DNA of 62,833 bases from a virus (taxonomy: Duplodnaviria > Caudoviricetes): IMG/VR virus record IMGVR_UViG_3300006752_000028, positions 1-62,833 of that record. One strand, written 5' to 3'. Position 1 is the stretch's first letter, and each line of letters begins with the position of its first letter. A model generated the notes under the pieces. That model saw only the letters and a program-made list of their open reading frames with translations, was not told the origin of the DNA and did not search any database. Below are positions 34,197-43,301 of this stretch, one piece after another. Both the position numbers and the translations under genes were made by a program.

Positions 34197-37141
34197 TATA
34201 CGATATCTTTATCAAAGTTATTCCAATTTACAGAGGCCCAATATGTTTTTAGTCTATCAAAAATTATTGGAGATCTTGGTTTATCATAATTAGCCATAGT
34301 TTCTTGATCTACTCTTTGGTTCTCTGTATCTACATGCCAAATATGCCATTCTTCAAGAGCAGCTTGTACCATAGCAGTTATGTTTACAGCTGCTTTAGGT
34401 CTTAATACTATTACCATACCGTTTCCGTAATTTCCGTTTGAATCAGCTTTAAAGAATTTTTTCTTTACTGTGTGTATCACATTACCTCCGATTGCATGAA
34501 ACTTTCTGTCTCCAATTTGTGATACATACGTAACCAAATCCCCATGAGATTTTCCGCCCCATCTAGAAGAATTAAAGTTTAAAGTATTACCTGCTCTTCC
34601 TTTTATTATAATATCACCTACCTGAGGTTTAGTAGACTTTGCTGGTAGAGCTGTCCAATTAGCAGCACTTCTTGCTCCTTGTGCATACTTAGTATGTGCT
34701 GGAGCTTTAGGGAATGATGGGTCTCCTTTAAGCGCTACGTAGGATATAAATGCTGCACTCCAAGGAGTATTAGTAGGGGTTGTAACACCACTTCGTGTTT
34801 TATACTTAGGTCTATAATTTACATTGGTAGTATCCGGTACCGGTCTTTCTTTTACTATTGGTTTTGGAGCAGTAGGGTCTGTTGATGCTAACATAAACAT
34901 TCTAGTAGTTATACTAGTCTCCCACCTACTATCATTACCTATTTCTTGTTCTATTTGAGTTACTATAAAACCAACTTTACCATCGTACCTACTAGGTAGG
35001 ATTCCTTTATTAACTTGAAATGATTCTCCAACTCTTAAGTTCGTTATTCCATCTGTACTGAAGGAAAGCTCTATTGGTATTAAACCAGAAAAACCAGCTG
35101 GCTTTTTCTTTCTTCGTTTTTCATCTTGTTCTATCGCATGTCTTATTGTTGAATACTTTTGATAATCAATCGTATTATCTAAAAATTTACTTCTATCGTA
35201 ATGTCCTTGAGCATAACTTGAAAATGTTCCGCCAATCTTAGCAATAATTTCCTCTAATGATTTATTTTCTTCTTCTATCTTTTCTTTTATTAAGTTAGGG
35301 TTAGTAATAGAGTATCTGTTATAAAGATTTTTGTTAAATTGAAGTAAATTAGTATGTTTACGTTTAACAGTGTCTGATATTGTAGCGTTTAAAGATAAAG
35401 TGCTAACGATAGCACTAGAGATTTTAGAACTAATCTGTACTTTAGTAATAGACGATCCTGTTCCGGCTATGTTAAGAGTAGGTGCTGTTTTAACTGTTTG
35501 TTCAACAGGTATCGCTCTGTCTACAACACTCCATTCTTTATCATCCTCATCGTAATGTAAATCAAAGGAGTTAATACCTCCCATTGCTGTTTCACAGTCA
35601 TTTAGAACCTGCTGTATTAAGGTAAATACTGATGTGGATGCTTTAGTATCTTCTTTATTTGCATCAAGAAAACCGTTCTGTATCTCTAATAAATGATTTA
35701 TATTTAAGCATATAGCTCCAGGGGACCTTGGGTCATAAGCGTCACCGTATTTTTCTTTTTGTTTTTTATGTGCTTCTTCAAATACTTTTGGAGGTAGTCC
35801 CCCGTGTGTAGAGTGGTTATCGAAAAAACTATTTCGCCAGTACCATTCATCAGAATTAAGATACCAAGCTTTTCCTGGGCCAATATATGGGAGAAAACAC
35901 ACGCCAGGGTCTATAGACATATGTTCATGATAAGTACAGAACTGTTGTTTTGAATACGTAGTAGATAAATTAAAAGGTTTTCCGTCTTTCTCATCACCTC
36001 TTTGTAGAAATACTTTATCTAATAAGTCCATAAAGTCTCTTAATGAAATATACCAGTGGTAATTTTTGGATTTATCCGAATTATCATCTTCATCTGCTTC
36101 TCCTTCTTCTTTATCTGCTTTTAATTCTACTGATCTATAGATTTCTATACCGTATGTTTTTTGTAGTTGTGCTTTAATGTATTCACTACTATACATACAT
36201 GCTTGGAGTAAAGAGGATATAGCATCATTCACATCTGCCCCGGATTTTGTCTTGGACCCTGCAGTGTTATTTTTTTTAGCTATTTTTTTAAACTCTGCAC
36301 CGTTTGCTGTGTATATAGTGGACTCTAAAGATTCCATAAGTTCCCCTTTAGAAATAAGAACTAATTTACAATCGTAACTACCATCATTACCGTAGTCCCA
36401 AGAAAAATTAGTTACTTTAGCAAATAATGCTTCATAGTTACCGCCTGTTTTTAGTTTATATTCTTGCGCTTTATCCTGTGTTTTTAAAAGCTCTTCTCCT
36501 TTCAAGAACTTTTTTGAAACAGAGCGAGTACGGCTTTGTACTTCTCCATCTTCATCTATATAAGCGTTTGCTCCGTATTCAACTAAAACATCAAATCCAG
36601 GTTTAAAGTACAGCTTATCTATAATATTTAAATCTTCTAATGTATTAACCTTTATATCTATATCTATCTGTTTTAGTGCACCATAGGTACTTTTAGAAGC
36701 TACTTTAAAGGAAGTTATTCCTGGCATAGACCTAAAACCTCTTTCTGAATTGGAGTAACTACTAGCTTTTTCGTCTACTAGATTTAACCCATCTTTCATA
36801 TATGTTCGAAGTGGCTTTTCAGGGTCCATTTCTTGCCTTAGTACACCACCGCTAAGAACAAAATTTACGGCATCGTCTGATCCTTTAGATCTAAATGTTG
36901 ATAATGCATCTTGTGAAGCTTTTACGTCTTTTCCGTATACCTTCTCTTGAAGCTCTTTAAATTCTGCACCTAAAATTTCGTTTACGCCGGAAGTTATTTT
37001 TACCCACCCTCCTCTATTATTAAGTAAAGAGGTTTCTTCTACTGATCTGCTTTCTTTGGAGAGTAGTTCTTGCCTTAGTTTGAGTTGGTTAGCTGCTTCT
37101 TTATTTAAAGGGCCTCCGAATATTAATTTACTTTCTGCCAT
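34196..37141 (-). CDS. Baseplate hub-like protein with C-terminal DUF2272/CHAP-like cell-wall hydrolase domain
   Basis: Position after LysM gene; PIELSFSTDGITNLRVGESF hub-like motif; PWSAAFISYV, PQVGDII, SHGDLV, IGGNV. Confidence 0.7.
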   Translation of the reverse strand: MAESKLIFGGPLNKEAANQLKLRQELLSKESRSVEETSLLNNRGGWVKITSGVNEILGAEFKELQEKVYGKDVKASQDALSTFRSKGSDDAVNFVLSGGVLRQEMDPEKPLRTYMKDGLNLVDEKASSYSNSERGFRSMPGITSFKVASKSTYGALKQIDIDIKVNTLEDLNIIDKLYFKPGFDVLVEYGANAYIDEDGEVQSRTRSVSKKFLKGEELLKTQDKAQEYKLKTGGNYEALFAKVTNFSWDYGNDGSYDCKLVLISKGELMESLESTIYTANGAEFKKIAKKNNTAGSKTKSGADVNDAISSLLQACMYSSEYIKAQLQKTYGIEIYRSVELKADKEEGEADEDDNSDKSKNYHWYISLRDFMDLLDKVFLQRGDEKDGKPFNLSTTYSKQQFCTYHEHMSIDPGVCFLPYIGPGKAWYLNSDEWYWRNSFFDNHSTHGGLPPKVFEEAHKKQKEKYGDAYDPRSPGAICLNINHLLEIQNGFLDANKEDTKASTSVFTLIQQVLNDCETAMGGINSFDLHYDEDDKEWSVVDRAIPVEQTVKTAPTLNIAGTGSSITKVQISSKISSAIVSTLSLNATISDTVKRKHTNLLQFNKNLYNRYSITNPNLIKEKIEEENKSLEEIIAKIGGTFSSYAQGHYDRSKFLDNTIDYQKYSTIRHAIEQDEKRRKKKPAGFSGLIPIELSFSTDGITNLRVGESFQVNKGILPSRYDGKVGFIVTQIEQEIGNDSRWETSITTRMFMLASTDPTAPKPIVKERPVPDTTNVNYRPKYKTRSGVTTPTNTPWSAAFISYVALKGDPSFPKAPAHTKYAQGARSAANWTALPAKSTKPQVGDIIIKGRAGNTLNFNSSRWGGKSHGDLVTYVSQIGDRKFHAIGGNVIHTVKKKFFKADSNGNYGNGMVIVLRPKAAVNITAMVQAALEEWHIWHVDTENQRVDQETMANYDKPRSPIIFDRLKTYWASVNWNNFDKDIV

Positions 37142-37444
37142 CTACCTATCATTATTGAGCTCGTTAAATTCATCTAAAATGGTATTAACATCCATAGGTA
37201 TTCTGATTTGTATTCCCGGTGCTACAACTAAAGAGTCTTTTTTTTCTTTATTTACTCCTGCTATAATCCACCAAAGAGATGAATCACTGTAATACTGTAG
37301 AGCTAAAGTATCAAATCTATCACCTGCAGTAGTAATAACGTATATGTCTTTTAAAGATTCCTTTATTTCAGGAAATATAATATTTCTTCTGTAGTTAAAA
37401 CCTTCAGAATTTGATAACGTTTTAATATCTTTGTACCTATTCAT
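37142..37444 (-). CDS. LysM-like baseplate wedge/tail protein
   Basis: GDRFDTLALQYYSDSSLWWIIAGVN...GIQIRIP. Confidence 0.85.
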   Translation of the reverse strand: MNRYKDIKTLSNSEGFNYRRNIIFPEIKESLKDIYVITTAGDRFDTLALQYYSDSSLWWIIAGVNKEKKDSLVVAPGIQIRIPMDVNTILDEFNELNNDR

Positions 37445-37447
37445 GGG

Positions 37448-38941
37448 TTAAAATTCTGCTTTAAATATTGTATTCTGTTTTCCTATAAATTCATTACCGT
37501 ATCTTGGTGTATCTTGATGTATAGGAGTGAAACTTATAGATACATCTAAAACTGTTGGAAGTTTTTTAGTTTCTGTCTGTCCTTCACTGGTTCCTATAGT
37601 TGCATTTTTTTCATCCATTCCTTCTGTATGCCAGATATAATCTGGATTCCATGTTAATGACACGCTTGTGATTATTCCTGTAGCATCAGATAAATAATCC
37701 CCTATAGTCAAGGATACTATCTGGCCTCTCATATACCCTCCTCCAACGTATGTAGGTGCTGTTGTTCCTGCTAGAAGGTTTAGTTTTTGGTATAAAGGGA
37801 GTATTTCTTCTTTGGTATTTGCTGCTATTTTAAAGGAACACTCTATACTTCTATTAAATCCTCCGTAGGAATAGAAAGTTTCTGCTCTACCTACATAGTT
37901 ATGATCATTCCAGTTACCAGTAAAACTATCGCTAAAGCTATCTATAAACGCCCTAAAAGGTAGGTAGGTGACTTCTGAGTTATCTTCTTTACCTCTTCTA
38001 GGGGTTATAACTTTAAAGTTAAAATCAATTAGATCCTTATAGTATTGATTTTCAAAATCATTTGGGTCAATAATCGTTGTACCTTTAGATAAATCTCCAA
38101 TAATAGGACCTAGCCCATTTATTCTATCTATTACTTCTATAGTAGTATCTTTACTATCTTTATCCCTTAGTAGTTTACTCTTCAGATTAACACTATATTT
38201 GTTTCTATCAAAACCAAAATTAGCTTGTTCGTATCCGTGGCTTCTATTTTCTGCTGAAACGTAAAGGACTGTATATTCAGAACCAATTTTATTTTTATTT
38301 AACTGCTCTGGTTTATTTCTATCTGTTTTAGATATAATAGTTGGAGCTGTAGTTGCAGGATTGTATAAATCTTTTAATTTAATACCATCTGCTGCAGAAT
38401 CTTCAAACTTATCTACATAAGTGGTGAGTATTTTACCTCTAAACGTACTATCCTCTGGGTTTTCTAATCTACCTTTTGTTGTTATATTATTAGTACCTTT
38501 GTTGTACAGTGCATTTGGTACTTTGTTTTTATACTCTATATGTCCTCTAACGCCTGGTAAATACCCTCTTTTTCCTGCAAAACCTTCTACGAAGTGTAAA
38601 CCAGTTCCTGAAACAGGAACTTGTGCTAGAGTTGAAGCTAATTTAGTTACGGTACCTACGACTCCTCCTAAAAGCTTTTTGCCGAAACCAGCATCAGGGT
38701 TTTGAATTCCTTTTTCTATTATTCCTAATGCTGCCTGATTAGAAGCAAATTTTAATGCTGCTGGAGTTTGGGTTAGTAGTTTGCTTATTCTTTTTAAATC
38801 ATCTATCCTTTTAGATCCTTCCAAGGCTATACCCTTAGGGCTTGGATTAGCATTAATATCCTTTACTACTAAAGGCTCAGTGCTTCCAAACTCACCATAA
38901 GTCAAGGACTTAAGATTAGTATTCAAATCTATTAAAGGCAT
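37448..38941 (-). CDS. Baseplate/tail-tube initiator-like protein
   Basis: FRAFIDSFSDSF..W....YVGRAE.FY.Y.GF.R motif; position after tape measure. Confidence 0.7.
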   Translation of the reverse strand: MPLIDLNTNLKSLTYGEFGSTEPLVVKDINANPSPKGIALEGSKRIDDLKRISKLLTQTPAALKFASNQAALGIIEKGIQNPDAGFGKKLLGGVVGTVTKLASTLAQVPVSGTGLHFVEGFAGKRGYLPGVRGHIEYKNKVPNALYNKGTNNITTKGRLENPEDSTFRGKILTTYVDKFEDSAADGIKLKDLYNPATTAPTIISKTDRNKPEQLNKNKIGSEYTVLYVSAENRSHGYEQANFGFDRNKYSVNLKSKLLRDKDSKDTTIEVIDRINGLGPIIGDLSKGTTIIDPNDFENQYYKDLIDFNFKVITPRRGKEDNSEVTYLPFRAFIDSFSDSFTGNWNDHNYVGRAETFYSYGGFNRSIECSFKIAANTKEEILPLYQKLNLLAGTTAPTYVGGGYMRGQIVSLTIGDYLSDATGIITSVSLTWNPDYIWHTEGMDEKNATIGTSEGQTETKKLPTVLDVSISFTPIHQDTPRYGNEFIGKQNTIFKAEF

Positions 38942-38965
38942 GCTTTAAAATTTAATAATTAATTA

Positions 38966-39211
38966 CTAGTTATTTCCTGTTCCGTCTACAGCTCTAGTAC
39001 GTACTCCTTTCTCAGGTAAATTATCTAAGTAATTGTTGCTAGGTTTGAGACCTTTTAGACTCAATTTAGATTGCTGTGCCAAAATATCTGGATTGTCTGT
39101 TATTGATGAGTTGGCATGTAGAGTTGATGTAATTTTAGCACCCTCTCTTTTACTAGGTGTTTGACCTTTTAGGCTTAGTACTGATTCTTTTACTTTGTTT
39201 AATAATGACAT
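38966..39211 (-). CDS. Hypothetical virion-module protein
   Basis: Follows late-type motif at 39242. Confidence 0.7.
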   Translation of the reverse strand: MSLLNKVKESVLSLKGQTPSKREGAKITSTLHANSSITDNPDILAQQSKLSLKGLKPSNNYLDNLPEKGVRTRAVDGTGNN

Positions 39212-39252
39212 GTTTATAATTTATTAAAGTTCGTTATATAATATAAATAGCA

Positions 39253-41640
39253 CTAAGTACTAAGTTTAGCTCCTAAAGCTAGTGCTGATCCTACTTTACT
39301 ACCGTCAAGGTAGACATCTCCACCTTGTTTTACAATATGTATTAATTCTTCTAGGAGTTTTTCTACATTCCCACCTAGTTTTGTTCCACCAGCCATGGTT
39401 ATTGTATCCTTAGGATTAGATCTAATTGTAAAATCATCTACCTTCATAGGTTCTGCAGAACGTGATTTGGATTGTTTTATATCTCTTACTGCGAGTCCAG
39501 CATCTATTGCTACGGATGCTGCTGTTCCTATACCAGGTATAAGGCTTGCTCCACCGGATGCTAATTCTAGTGCTGCTCCTGCGTAATCGCCTTTTGCTGC
39601 TCTGCTTATAGCAAATCCGACTCCTGCTAGTGCTCCAATTATAGGTATTTTTTTAAGTAACGACTTACCAACTGCTTTTGCTCCTATTTTACCAGCTGTC
39701 TTTGCTAAGTTTTTACCTCCTGTTTTTGCAACAGTTTTTGTAAGTGTTTTAGCGCCTGCCTTACCGCCCATACCTAATACACTTTTAAGACCTTTTGCTC
39801 CTTTTGTTAAATTTTTAAAAACCTTTAAAAGGCCTTTAAATTTTTTGAATATAGAAAGAGCTCCAATGGCGCCAACAGTAGTTAATATAAGTCCTGAATA
39901 TTCTGTCATCTTAGAAAAGAATCCTGCTATTGTTTTTAATGGATCTCCTAAAGCTTTAACTGATTCAGTCATTTCTTGCTGTAATTCTTGTTGTGCTTCT
40001 GCTGCAGTTTTTGTTTCTAATTGGCGCAGTAGTTCCTCTGCTCCTGCTGTTCCTCTAATTTTTGCTAATGCTGCTTCTCGCTTTTCTTCATCTTTTATAA
40101 GAAGTGCTTTTTCATATTGCTTCCTAACTGCTTCATCTAGAGATTTACTTTGATCTCCACCTAATTTCTTTATAGCTTCCTGCTTTATTAACGTTTCAGC
40201 TACTTCTTCTCTAGACATCCCCATTGACTTTGCAAGAGCGTTTTGCTGTAGAACGTTTAATTTGCCAAATTCTTCTGCTGATCCCATTTCTCTAGCTAAT
40301 TCTGCTGCTAAAGTAGCTTGATCTCCTGATAGGGCTGCTGCACGTGCTTTATCTAAGTTAATATTTCTTCCTAACATTAATTCAGCTTCCATTTCACTTG
40401 CAATGGAACTTTCAAAATCTAATAAGTTATCAGCCGCACTATTTAATTGATTGAAGTTTAATCCTAATTTTCTTGCTTGGTAAGCTGCTTTTGCAATTCC
40501 GCCTGGGAATTTCTGAGTTGTTAATTGTGTTGCTGATGATGCTGATGCAACATCTTTCATTATATCTTGATACCTAACAGCAGATTTATTGCTGACGTTT
40601 TGTAGTTTTACTTGTCCTACTAAATTATCGTTAAAAGTTTTTAAATCTGTTCCGGATGCTGCTGTGAATTGTGCTAGTTTTGCTGCTTCTTCAGCAGAAA
40701 TGCCTAACTTCTTTGTCATTGTACCGAAAGCAACTAGGGTATCGTCAGATAAGTCAGCTGTTACTCCCATTGCGTCGGACATTGCATGTTGAGTTGCAAG
40801 CATTTCTTTACTAGTAAGACTCTTTGTTGCTTTTCCTAGAGCAATAAACCTATCATCCAGTTTATCTGCTTCCTGGTATGACATGTTAAAATTCCTTTGC
40901 ATGTCAACTAAAGTCTCATTTGTTCTAATAAGTCCTTTGGTAACTTTACCTACAGTAAACGCAAGTGCCATTTTTGAAACAGCTCCTAGAAGAGATTTAC
41001 CGCCTGCAACCATTGCATTTCCTCCTTCTGCTGCTGCTGCTCTTGCTGATTTGGCAGCAGTTTCAAACTCTCCAAATACTTTACTCAAGCCAGGTATATC
41101 TTTAACGAACCCAGCCATTTTATCAAAGAAGTTAGATTCCTCGTTTATTTTTTGTGCGGCATCGGCTACTTCTTCAAAATTTTGTGCTAATCTTGATGCT
41201 TCAGATGTAGCGGCATTAAGTTGCTTTAAAGTTTTATTAATAGCTCTACGTTCTTTATCTGAAGCGGTGACTCTAGCATCTGATAATACTTTAATTTGTG
41301 AATCTAACTCTGCTATTTTACCTTTTAAACGTGCTTGTGCTCTTGATGCTGTAGCTAATGCTTTTTCAGATTTTAGTTTATCTTTATCAAGTCTTGCAAT
41401 AATTTTTGCTTCGTTTTGAATACCTTTTACTGCACTAGCGGAGTTTTTCATTGCTGAGGTGAATTCTTCTCCGTCTTTAGCTGCTTGGCTAATATTACTA
41501 ACCATGTCTGCAAATGCATTATTCGATAGAATAGCATCTTCTCGTAAGTCAGCCAATCGTTCTCCAGCTCTAGCTAAATTTTCTGCTAATGCTTTTGCTT
41601 CTTTTGGATCTGGTATATTTTTATTTCCTTCTTCAGCCAT
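39253..41640 (-). CDS. Tail tape-measure protein
   Basis: 795 aa Ala/Lys-rich helical protein with Gly-rich hydrophobic C-part, after tube and chaperone genes. Confidence 0.85.
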   Translation of the reverse strand: MAEEGNKNIPDPKEAKALAENLARAGERLADLREDAILSNNAFADMVSNISQAAKDGEEFTSAMKNSASAVKGIQNEAKIIARLDKDKLKSEKALATASRAQARLKGKIAELDSQIKVLSDARVTASDKERRAINKTLKQLNAATSEASRLAQNFEEVADAAQKINEESNFFDKMAGFVKDIPGLSKVFGEFETAAKSARAAAAEGGNAMVAGGKSLLGAVSKMALAFTVGKVTKGLIRTNETLVDMQRNFNMSYQEADKLDDRFIALGKATKSLTSKEMLATQHAMSDAMGVTADLSDDTLVAFGTMTKKLGISAEEAAKLAQFTAASGTDLKTFNDNLVGQVKLQNVSNKSAVRYQDIMKDVASASSATQLTTQKFPGGIAKAAYQARKLGLNFNQLNSAADNLLDFESSIASEMEAELMLGRNINLDKARAAALSGDQATLAAELAREMGSAEEFGKLNVLQQNALAKSMGMSREEVAETLIKQEAIKKLGGDQSKSLDEAVRKQYEKALLIKDEEKREAALAKIRGTAGAEELLRQLETKTAAEAQQELQQEMTESVKALGDPLKTIAGFFSKMTEYSGLILTTVGAIGALSIFKKFKGLLKVFKNLTKGAKGLKSVLGMGGKAGAKTLTKTVAKTGGKNLAKTAGKIGAKAVGKSLLKKIPIIGALAGVGFAISRAAKGDYAGAALELASGGASLIPGIGTAASVAIDAGLAVRDIKQSKSRSAEPMKVDDFTIRSNPKDTITMAGGTKLGGNVEKLLEELIHIVKQGGDVYLDGSKVGSALALGAKLST

Positions 41641-41681
41641 TTATAGGGTGGTTTATATAATATAAATAGCAAAGGCCTCTT

Positions 41682-41937
41682 TTATTTAGAAGCCTTTGTT
41701 GAATAACTAGGTTTTATATTAGGTCTTGCAATTGACGTTTTTGTTTTTGCGGGTGTTGGTGCTTTTTCTTCATTTGCCTGTTGAAAATGTTCTCTTATTT
41801 TGTTAAAAGTAAACTTTCTTAACCAAATAGGCATATTATAGACTGTATGCCAATCGTACCCGCCATTGCCGTGGAATACTATATCATGTATATTGTTAAA
41901 AACACTTAACCTATATTCAGGCGTCAGGCCAAAAAAA
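41682..41937 (-). CDS. Tail-chaperone C-terminal extension, probably reached by frameshift
   Basis: Frame FFGLTPEYR..IHDIVFHGNGGYDWHTVYNMPIWLRKF overlaps end of 41917..42660 at a T7 run. Confidence 0.65.
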
Positions 41938-42660
41938 GTTAAGCCCGATGGGCAAATCAACTTCCTCCTCTCCACCTTCTTCATCTTGAAGGTTAAATAC
42001 CATTTTTACATCTGGGTTAATTAATTGATATTCTGCTCTTAATGCTCTTGCATCTTTAGCTAAGAGGTACTCGTCAACAAAAGATCTAATATCTTTCTGC
42101 TCTGTTAACCCGTTTACGGAGGTTATTATCTTTTTAAGTCTAGTTGTTACTTCAGGAGAAGAATTTTTATTTAATTTCTTAAGCCCTGTTAATTCTCTCT
42201 CTATACTTGTTTCATCACTATGAGTTAGAAGTTTAAAAGTAATTGTATTACCTGTTGTTGGTAGAGCAAAGCTAAACTTATTTTCTTTTTCTTTAACTAA
42301 ACTTTCATCTAAGTATTTTAATTCCAATTTAGATAAGTCAACTGTATGGTTTGTTCCACCTCTAGAAAAGGTATAGTCCTTTCCATAAGAAAGTACTCTA
42401 GCAGCAAACATGATTGCATTTTTATCACCTACTAAAAGTTGATTGTAATCTACTCCTTCAGTAACAATCAAAGATTTAAGTAATCTGTCAATTACAGTTC
42501 CGTTCTTAATGTAATTTTGATTAGTTAAAATATCTTCTTCCTTTGCGGTCATATATTTCATTTCTACTTTCCCTGCAGCTAAAGCTGAATCTTCTGGGTA
42601 TAGCAGCCCTTTAGATGGTAATTCTACTGATTCTGTAGGGACTTTAAATTGTGATTCCAT
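41917..42660 (-). CDS. Tail/baseplate assembly chaperone (T4 gp26-like N-terminus)
   Basis: VELPSKG, MTAKEEDIL, LLVGDKNAI, ends PIGLNFFWP. Confidence 0.8.
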   Translation of the reverse strand: MESQFKVPTESVELPSKGLLYPEDSALAAGKVEMKYMTAKEEDILTNQNYIKNGTVIDRLLKSLIVTEGVDYNQLLVGDKNAIMFAARVLSYGKDYTFSRGGTNHTVDLSKLELKYLDESLVKEKENKFSFALPTTGNTITFKLLTHSDETSIERELTGLKKLNKNSSPEVTTRLKKIITSVNGLTEQKDIRSFVDEYLLAKDARALRAEYQLINPDVKMVFNLQDEEGGEEEVDLPIGLNFFWPDA

Positions 42661-42693
42661 AAATTTTATTAATTATAACTTGTTCTATATATA

Positions 42694-42722
42694 AATATAA
42701 GAAAAATAACTTTTAGAAACAA
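42694..42722 (-). promoter_or_regulatory. Overlapping host-type promoter and TATTTATA motif
   Basis: GTTG-N20-TATATT overlapping TATTTATA (42690-42697). Confidence 0.65.
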
Positions 42723-42724
42723 CT

Positions 42725-42750
42725 AAAAAACCCGGAAAAGATCCGGGTTC
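42725..42750 (-). terminator. Terminator after tail tube gene
   Basis: AACCCGGA-TCTT-TTCCGGGTT followed by T-run. Confidence 0.85.
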
Positions 42751-42777
42751 ATTAACTTTATAAGAGGTAGGTGTGTA

Positions 42778-43263
42778 TTAGTAATTTAATACGCAGTAGT
42801 CCATTGCTACTGTAATGCTGATTTCAACAGCTTCATCAGATGTCCAGTCATATTGACCAAAGTCTCCGTTTGATAGTATAGCACCTTTGATGATCCATTC
42901 TCCTACGATGTCTCCTACAGGTCCTAAAATATTTAGAGTTAAATCCTTTTTATAGAAATCAGAGTATCCTGCTCTACCAGTTACTGATTCGTAACCTTGT
43001 CTTGCCCATTCCATTACTGCTTGAGCACCACTTGGTGTTACTGGATCGTAAAGTGTCATGGTCATATCGTCCCATTCTCTTTTTCCTCTAATTTTTCTAT
43101 ATGAATTGATGTGATCTAATTTGATAACGTTATCGGTGAAGGTAGGAGCTTTTACATTCTTTACCATGAAGGAAGGAATTCCGTCGATAAGCATTACAAA
43201 TCTGTTTTGTACTTTCGGTTCGAAAGCTTTAAACATTATTTCGTTTGGATCTAATATTGCCAT
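42778..43263 (-). CDS. Tail tube protein (gp19-like)
   Basis: FEPKVQNRF, WDDMTMTLYDP, YKKDLTL, EWIIKGA; follows sheath. Confidence 0.9.
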   Translation of the reverse strand: MAILDPNEIMFKAFEPKVQNRFVMLIDGIPSFMVKNVKAPTFTDNVIKLDHINSYRKIRGKREWDDMTMTLYDPVTPSGAQAVMEWARQGYESVTGRAGYSDFYKKDLTLNILGPVGDIVGEWIIKGAILSNGDFGQYDWTSDEAVEISITVAMDYCVLNY

Positions 43264-43301
43264 GTTCTATTTACTTTATTATAAATATCGTTAATTAAAA
43301 A

